Virus record (IMG/VR): IMGVR_UViG_3300010356_003090
DNA from: an uncultured virus (IMG/VR IMGVR_UViG_3300010356_003090)
Taxonomy: Duplodnaviria; Heunggongvirae; Uroviricota; Caudoviricetes
Direction: 5' to 3' (one strand)
Length of the DNA: 20,000 bases
Under the pieces are notes generated by a model, which did no database searches, had not been told where the DNA came from, and saw only the letters and a list, made by a program, of their open reading frames with translations. Of this stretch, positions 15,521 to 20,000 are shown piece by piece; the stretch's first letter is position 1, and every line of letters starts with the position of its first letter. The translations under genes and the position numbers were made by a program.

Positions 15521-15958
15521 TTGAATCAAAAGACTTTGTTTCTTTGGGCGTTTTGGTTTGCCTTTGCGTTGGGTATGGTGTGTGGTGCGTGGTCGCGTGG
15601 ATGCGCCGTTGCACAAGCAAGCACCGACAAAAGCGACAAAAAAGACGGTGAGCGCGTTGTGTTGACGTTGGATGAATGGCGCAAGGTGGCGCGAGATAAA
15701 GCCGAACGCATACGGCGCAATCAAGATCTCTCTGCAAAGGTGCGCTTGCTTGAACGCTTGTTGCAAGCGGAACGATCCGCAAGCGTGGAGCGTGTACTTG
15801 CAGAACGTGTGCGTTGTGCGGATCTGCAAAAGGCCGCAAAGTGCAATTGCCCAAGCAACGGTGCTTTGTATGCTTGTCTTGGTGTTTGTGGTGTTGTTGT
15901 GGTGGGTGGGGTGCTTGGTGGCGTGGGGGTTGGACACGCAATCAAAGCGTGTCCTTGA
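15521..15958 (+). CDS. exported coiled-coil protein with C-terminal TM segment (145 aa)
   Basis: AGGAGG before TTG; signal-like N-terminus ending AVAQA; charged helix; C-terminal LGVCGVVVVGGVLGGVGVG. Confidence 0.75.
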   Translation: MNQKTLFLWAFWFAFALGMVCGAWSRGCAVAQASTDKSDKKDGERVVLTLDEWRKVARDKAERIRRNQDLSAKVRLLERLLQAERSASVERVLAERVRCADLQKAAKCNCPSNGALYACLGVCGVVVVGGVLGGVGVGHAIKACP

Positions 15959-16046
15959 GCGTTTTTTTTGCTTTTGCTTGCCTTTTTGGGTCTTTTCTGC
16001 TACAAGCGAGCATTGAAAAAGATACGCGCATTTTGGAGCGTAGGGT

Positions 16047-16544
16047 ATGATTGGTGAAGAAAGCGGATATGGAGAACGCGGCGCATGGTATCGTGCGCCG
16101 CGTCGTGGCAGAAAGCAAAAGCAAAGGGAAAAAAGGATGATCGTTCGTTTCACAAAGGAACAGATGGGCTTTTTGGGTGAGTGGCGCGAAAAGTATAACA
16201 TTCGAGGGCATTGGAAGAGAAATTTGCTTGCGATCCTTTTTGAATTTGGCGACACCGCCCCGCTCTATATCGCCAAAGATGCAAACGCGGCGCTCTCAAG
16301 TTCTCCGTTTACCTTCCCTGTCTCGTTGAACGTCGGATATCGAAGGCACCGACGCATGGCAGGTCGTGGCGTGGGGAAAAGCGTAATTGGAACCGAGGCA
16401 AAGCGTCTCCTCGAAATTCAAGAAAGAATGTCGAAAACAGCGGGGGTTGTGGTCGACTTCTCGTGGGTGCTGCGCTCCTTGATGCAAGCGTTTATGCTCA
16501 AAGAGCGCGAATCTATCGCGACCCAAGAAAAGCAAGGCGAATAA
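16047..16544 (+). CDS. basic hypothetical protein, possibly DNA-binding (alternative start 16137)
   Basis: GGAG RBS; Arg/Lys-rich; C-terminal DFSWVLRSLMQAFM resembles an RHH-type helix; a terminator follows immediately. Confidence 0.7.
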   Translation: MIGEESGYGERGAWYRAPRRGRKQKQREKRMIVRFTKEQMGFLGEWREKYNIRGHWKRNLLAILFEFGDTAPLYIAKDANAALSSSPFTFPVSLNVGYRRHRRMAGRGVGKSVIGTEAKRLLEIQERMSKTAGVVVDFSWVLRSLMQAFMLKERESIATQEKQGE

Positions 16545-16579
16545 AAAAGCCCGTATGCGCGAAGCACACGGGCTTTTTT
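16543..16579. terminator. bidirectional intrinsic terminator
   Basis: A6-GCCCGTATGC-gcgaa-GCACACGGGC-T6. The A/C mismatch on the plus strand becomes a G.U pair on the minus strand. Confidence 0.88.
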
Positions 16580-16672
16580 GTGGATAGAGGGGGCTTAGGG
16601 GGGGGGAGGGGAGGTTTATCGGCGGGGATCTTTGGCAACAAAGGGAGGGAGGGGGAGAGCGGGGGCGTTTTC
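16543..16672 (-). ncRNA. candidate ~130-nt C/U-rich small RNA
   Basis: Minus-strand promoter upstream, terminator downstream, no credible self-contained ORF between them. Confidence 0.35.
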
Positions 16673-16678
16673 GATGGC

Positions 16679-16773
16679 ATCTTACAAAAACGATCAAACT
16701 TGTCAAGATAGATCGTTTTTGTTCTTTCTTTGTGGATCTGTATCTTGCATTTTTTGGGGTGTCAAGGTATCTT
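16679..16773. promoter_or_regulatory. divergent promoter region with palindromic operator-like site
   Basis: Minus: TTGACA-16-TAAGAT (16706-16679) and TTGACA-17-TACAGA (16765-16737). Plus: TTGCAT-17-TATCTT (16745-16773). 12-bp inverted repeat at 16684-16722. Confidence 0.6.
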
Positions 16774-16812
16774 GCGGATTGACGCAACACGCGCACACGC
16801 GGGAGATTGAAG

Positions 16813-17187
16813 ATGTTGGAAGATTTGAAAAAAAAGCTACCGACAAGGAGAAGGCTTGCAGTAATTCCTTGCCCCTTGTGCCAAGGTGAAGCAGACTTAA
16901 AGAGCGCCGAAAGCACAGGGTTTTGGACGATATGCAAAAACTGCGGGCATACGATCAACGAAAAAAGCAACGAGTGGCTGTCTTGGTACGTTGTTTCGCT
17001 GTATCAGCAACACACCGACTTAACCCCGCTAGTGCGTTCCCCTGTCCACGCCCTAGATGTGTTTGTGCGGGCCGCAAGGTTACGCCGTCCACTTGGGCGC
17101 AATCTACTGGACGTTGAGCGAGTCGATAGCAAATCAAGGCGTTGTCGTATCGAGGCAACAAGACTTTTGGAGAAAAAAGACGAATGA
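16813..17187 (+). CDS. zinc-ribbon protein, Lar-like CxxC...CxxC (124 aa)
   Basis: GGGAG RBS; IPCPLCQGEA...ICKNCG. Confidence 0.75.
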   Translation: MLEDLKKKLPTRRRLAVIPCPLCQGEADLKSAESTGFWTICKNCGHTINEKSNEWLSWYVVSLYQQHTDLTPLVRSPVHALDVFVRAARLRRPLGRNLLDVERVDSKSRRCRIEATRLLEKKDE

Positions 17188-17723
17188 CGCAGCATCCACC
17201 GCCCTATCAAGGCTACCAAGCGCCCCAAGCATTGTCCTATCAACCACCCCAACCGATGATGCAACCGAGATCATCCGAAGAGATACACCAAGCCCTTGAA
17301 GCCTTGCGGCTTGAAATGAGCAACGCACACCAAGCCACATCACAAGGGGGGTTTGCGCAACAAGAGCCTGTTGCAACAAGATATGTTTATCCGCACTTGC
17401 TGCAATTGGCCGCGATTGTGTCGGAATTGTTGCGCGACTACAACACGGTAGATCCAGAAGATGCCGAAGATGGCGGATCTCCAAGCCTTGCGTATGCAAA
17501 CCTTGTGGAGATCGTGGTGTCGGTCGTTGAACAAGCCCATTTGCCCGCTGCTGCGCTGTCTGCGTTGTTGTTGGGCTTACATCCTTGCATGGCTGAATTG
17601 CACGGTATGGATCAAGTAGTGTTTGAAGCGCGATTTGCTCCACAAATTGCACGCATCAAAGCAGAGACCGCCGCCGCCGCCGCCGCCATGCAGCAAAACG
17701 GACACCGTGACGGTAGCGTGTAA
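17184..17723 (+). CDS. hypothetical protein with P/Q/Y-rich N-terminus (179 aa)
   Basis: ATGA overlap with the upstream gene; helical body. Confidence 0.75.
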   Translation: MTQHPPPYQGYQAPQALSYQPPQPMMQPRSSEEIHQALEALRLEMSNAHQATSQGGFAQQEPVATRYVYPHLLQLAAIVSELLRDYNTVDPEDAEDGGSPSLAYANLVEIVVSVVEQAHLPAAALSALLLGLHPCMAELHGMDQVVFEARFAPQIARIKAETAAAAAAMQQNGHRDGSV

Positions 17724-17740
17724 GCAGGGAGAGGGGAGAC

Positions 17741-20000
17741 GTGGTAGAGCCAAGGACACGAAAGCAAAAAGAGCATCTTGCGCATATCGAAGACTTCCGC
17801 GAATGGGAACGTGAAGAAGCCGAAAAGCGCGAACGGGAACGTGAAGAAGCCGAAAAGCGCGAACGTGAAGAAGCCGAAAAGCGGGAACGTGAAGAAGCCG
17901 AAAAGCGGGAACGTGAAGAAGCCGAAAAGCGCGAACGTGAAGAAGCCGAAAAGCGCGTATCCTCTAGTGAGATAGAGGATGGATCTGACGATCAAATGTT
18001 GGATCAAGAAGCTGAATTTGAGCGACAATTTGCCGACGAATTGGGGTTGGACGATAGCGACTTTAATTTACTCGTGGACGATAGCGAACCTGTCGAGCCG
18101 CCAAAAGCAAGAGCAAAGAAAAGCCAAAAGCTGAATTATTCGCGTGTTTCGGTGCAACAGCGCGGCACAGAGATCGACGAGATTGACGCACGAAAGCCCC
18201 TTGCTTACGACAAAGACAATCTCTTTCCTGCGCAAGAACACAGCAAGAATTACGCAACGCAGATCGCCTTGTGGGTGCAAGGTGAGTCCTTCATGGAGAT
18301 CAAGCGATTTCTGAAAGATGATATCGAGGAGTGGGACGGCAACGCCAATTCTTCCGACTTTGTGCCGTTGCGTGGGCTGTCTCGCCTGTTTTATCCGTTG
18401 TCAGAACACAAATTGATGCTTGCGGTGTCAGAGAAGATCCCGCAAGGGACATGGGTACAAGTTCGCTTTTACTCAGGAAAGAGCGACAAGGCGATCTTAG
18501 TGGGAAGCCCGATCTTTCTGTATTGTCCGAGCCGTTCAATCTTCGAGGACGAAGGGGATAGCATGAATCCAGCAATTCAAGAGGTTCTACGTCAACGCGC
18601 ACAAGAGATCGCCGAAGCCCGCAAAGAGCAAAAAGAGCTGGTTGAAGCCTTAAACAAGGCGCAAGCATCGGGGAATTCTCAGCTACATGATTTCCTGCTT
18701 AGCGAATTGCGCAATATGCGCGAACGCTTGGAGGCAATGGAAGATGCAAAGATCGAATTGGAGCGCCAGCGTCTCCAAATGGAGCAGCAAGAAAGACAAA
18801 TGGAGCGCGAGACGTATGCTCGAATCTATGAACGCTCCGAAGCCTCAACCATTGAGCAAACAAACCTTTTTTCGCGCACGGTAAATGATCTTGTAGATAA
18901 AATACAAACGACGCAGCAGCCCCCGTCGTGGATGGATCAACGCTTGCGAGATCGAGAACGTGAGGAGGAAGAATTGAGCGGGAAAATGTTTGGTCAAGTT
19001 CTTGAAATTCTTCAAAAAAGTTCGGATACAACGGTAAAGATGTTGATCGAGAACGGCAAGAACAGTCTTGCCATTGTCCAAGAGGCAAACAAGCAAGCGC
19101 AAGATGCCTTGATCCAGTCTTCCAATTTGCGAATTCAAGCCCTTGAGCAACGCCTTTCAACCCTTTCAAGCGCACCGCCCGCACAAGCGCCCGCGCAATA
19201 TCCCCCCCCACAATACCTACCACCCGCCCCGCAAGTGCAAGCGCAATATACTCCACCGCAAGCGCCCGTAGCTGTCGAGGTTTCGGGGATCTCGGCACTT
19301 GAAAAGACAGCGAAAGAGTTAGAGCATTTTGAAAAGACGCGCAAGGCTTTATTGCGAAGCCTTGGGGCTTCTGTGGACGATGAAGACGATGGCGACGAAG
19401 AAGAGAGTGGAGTGGGTTGGATCAAAAGCCTAACCACAGCCGCGAAAGAGGTTGGTGTTGTTGACATACTAAAACGCAATTTTGGCGGTGGTTCCGAGAA
19501 TAACGAAACCAAGCAACCTGCATCCACGCAAGAAAAATTACAATCTCTTGCGCCTCCCTCGCTTGGACAGTCCGCCAATTCGGGCTTTTTGCCCGTACAA
19601 GGCCCGCAAATTCAGCCAACGCCCGCACAAGCCAACACGCTTTTTGCTCCAACGCCGCAAACCCTCCAAGGCTATCCACAACAGCCCTATCCACCGCAAG
19701 GCTATCCGCAACAGCCCTATCCACCGCAAGGCTATCCGCAACAGCCCTATCCACCGCAAGGCTACCCGCAACAGCCCTATCCACCGCAAGGCTACCCGCA
19801 ACAGCCCTATCCACCGCAAGGCTACCCGCAACAGCCCTATCCACCGCAAGGCTACCCACAACAGCCCTATCCACCGCAAGAATATCCGCAACAGCCGCAA
19901 CCACCGCAAGCGCCGATGATGCCGCAACCACCGCAAGCGCCGATGATGCCGCAACCACCGCAAGCGCCGATGATGCCGCAACCACCGCAAGCGCCGATGA
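17741..20000 (+). CDS. 3'-truncated large coiled-coil/low-complexity protein (>750 aa)
   Basis: Hand translation from GTG 17741 (GGGGAG RBS), [30 protein letters not shown]..., found no stop before 20000. Confidence 0.88.
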   Translation, partial: MVEPRTRKQKEHLAHIEDFREWEREEAEKREREREEAEKREREEAEKREREEAEKREREEAEKREREEAEKRVSSSEIEDGSDDQMLDQEAEFERQFADELGLDDSDFNLLVDDSEPVEPPKARAKKSQKLNYSRVSVQQRGTEIDEIDARKPLAYDKDNLFPAQEHSKNYATQIALWVQGESFMEIKRFLKDDIEEWDGNANSSDFVPLRGLSRLFYPLSEHKLMLAVSEKIPQGTWVQVRFYSGKSDKAILVGSPIFLYCPSRSIFEDEGDSMNPAIQEVLRQRAQEIAEARKEQKELVEALNKAQASGNSQLHDFLLSELRNMRERLEAMEDAKIELERQRLQMEQQERQMERETYARIYERSEASTIEQTNLFSRTVNDLVDKIQTTQQPPSWMDQRLRDREREEEELSGKMFGQVLEILQKSSDTTVKMLIENGKNSLAIVQEANKQAQDALIQSSNLRIQALEQRLSTLSSAPPAQAPAQYPPPQYLPPAPQVQAQYTPPQAPVAVEVSGISALEKTAKELEHFEKTRKALLRSLGASVDDEDDGDEEESGVGWIKSLTTAAKEVGVVDILKRNFGGGSENNETKQPASTQEKLQSLAPPSLGQSANSGFLPVQGPQIQPTPAQANTLFAPTPQTLQGYPQQPYPPQGYPQQPYPPQGYPQQPYPPQGYPQQPYPPQGYPQQPYPPQGYPQQPYPPQGYPQQPYPPQEYPQQPQPPQAPMMPQPPQAPMMPQPPQAPMMPQPPQAPM
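17807..17956 (+). repeat. 24-bp coding repeat x6 (EREEAEKR)
   Basis: GAACGTGAAGAAGCCGAAAAGCG(C/G) in tandem, with one 6-bp insert. Confidence 0.95.
19667..19894 (+). repeat. 30-bp coding repeat x7 plus a degenerate copy ([10 protein letters not shown])
   Basis: CAAGGCTAYCCRCAACAGCCCTATCCACCG in tandem; variation only at synonymous third positions. Confidence 0.95.
19895..20000 (+). repeat. 27-bp coding repeat, about 4 copies (PQPPQAPMM), running off the window
   Basis: CCGCAACCACCGCAAGCGCCGATGATG in tandem. Confidence 0.95.

Larger units (their letters stand above)
1..20000. mobile_element. segment of a prophage, phage-plasmid or integrative element (boundaries outside the window)
   Basis: Tyrosine recombinase, Toprim/DUF3987 replication pair, GroES-like gene, lysis-like membrane genes, many unassigned ORFs and no core host genes. 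Confidence 0.7.

Noticed and set aside
14443..16255. Long minus-strand ORFs (224 and 297 aa)
   Set aside because: Antisense to a tightly packed plus-strand operon with good RBSs; no motifs.
17612..18028. ORFs with FGFFT or NVKKPKS repeats
   Set aside because: Alternative frames of the EREEAEKR repeat within the 17741 gene.
19135..19990. Repeat ORFs in the track (AVDRAVA, RWIGLL, NSPIHRK)
   Set aside because: Shadow frames; repeat variation is synonymous only in the [10 protein letters not shown] frame.

Overview
The window looks like part of a bacterial mobile element (prophage, phage-plasmid or satellite-like; inferred). No host housekeeping genes, rRNA, tRNA or CRISPR array are recognisable. 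Recognisable genes: a tyrosine recombinase (2491-3516), a replication pair on the minus strand (PriCT-2/Toprim primase 7804-9054 and DUF3987/YfjI-like protein 6236-7807), a GroES-like domain with a long N-terminal extension (4905-5630), a degenerate AAA_21/ABC-type ATPase (670-1479), a papain-fold Cys/His hydrolase (10791-11417), several membrane or coiled-coil proteins, a zinc-ribbon protein, and a >750-codon low-complexity ORF (17741 to the window end) absent from the ORF track. The most striking non-coding feature directly follows the recombinase: a 104-bp tandem array, each unit carrying a perfect IHF consensus site, then an AT-rich block with more IHF sites and a 17-bp inverted repeat. 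Two promoter-plus-terminator units without an ORF suggest small RNAs. All family calls come from motif recognition by eye; no database search was run.
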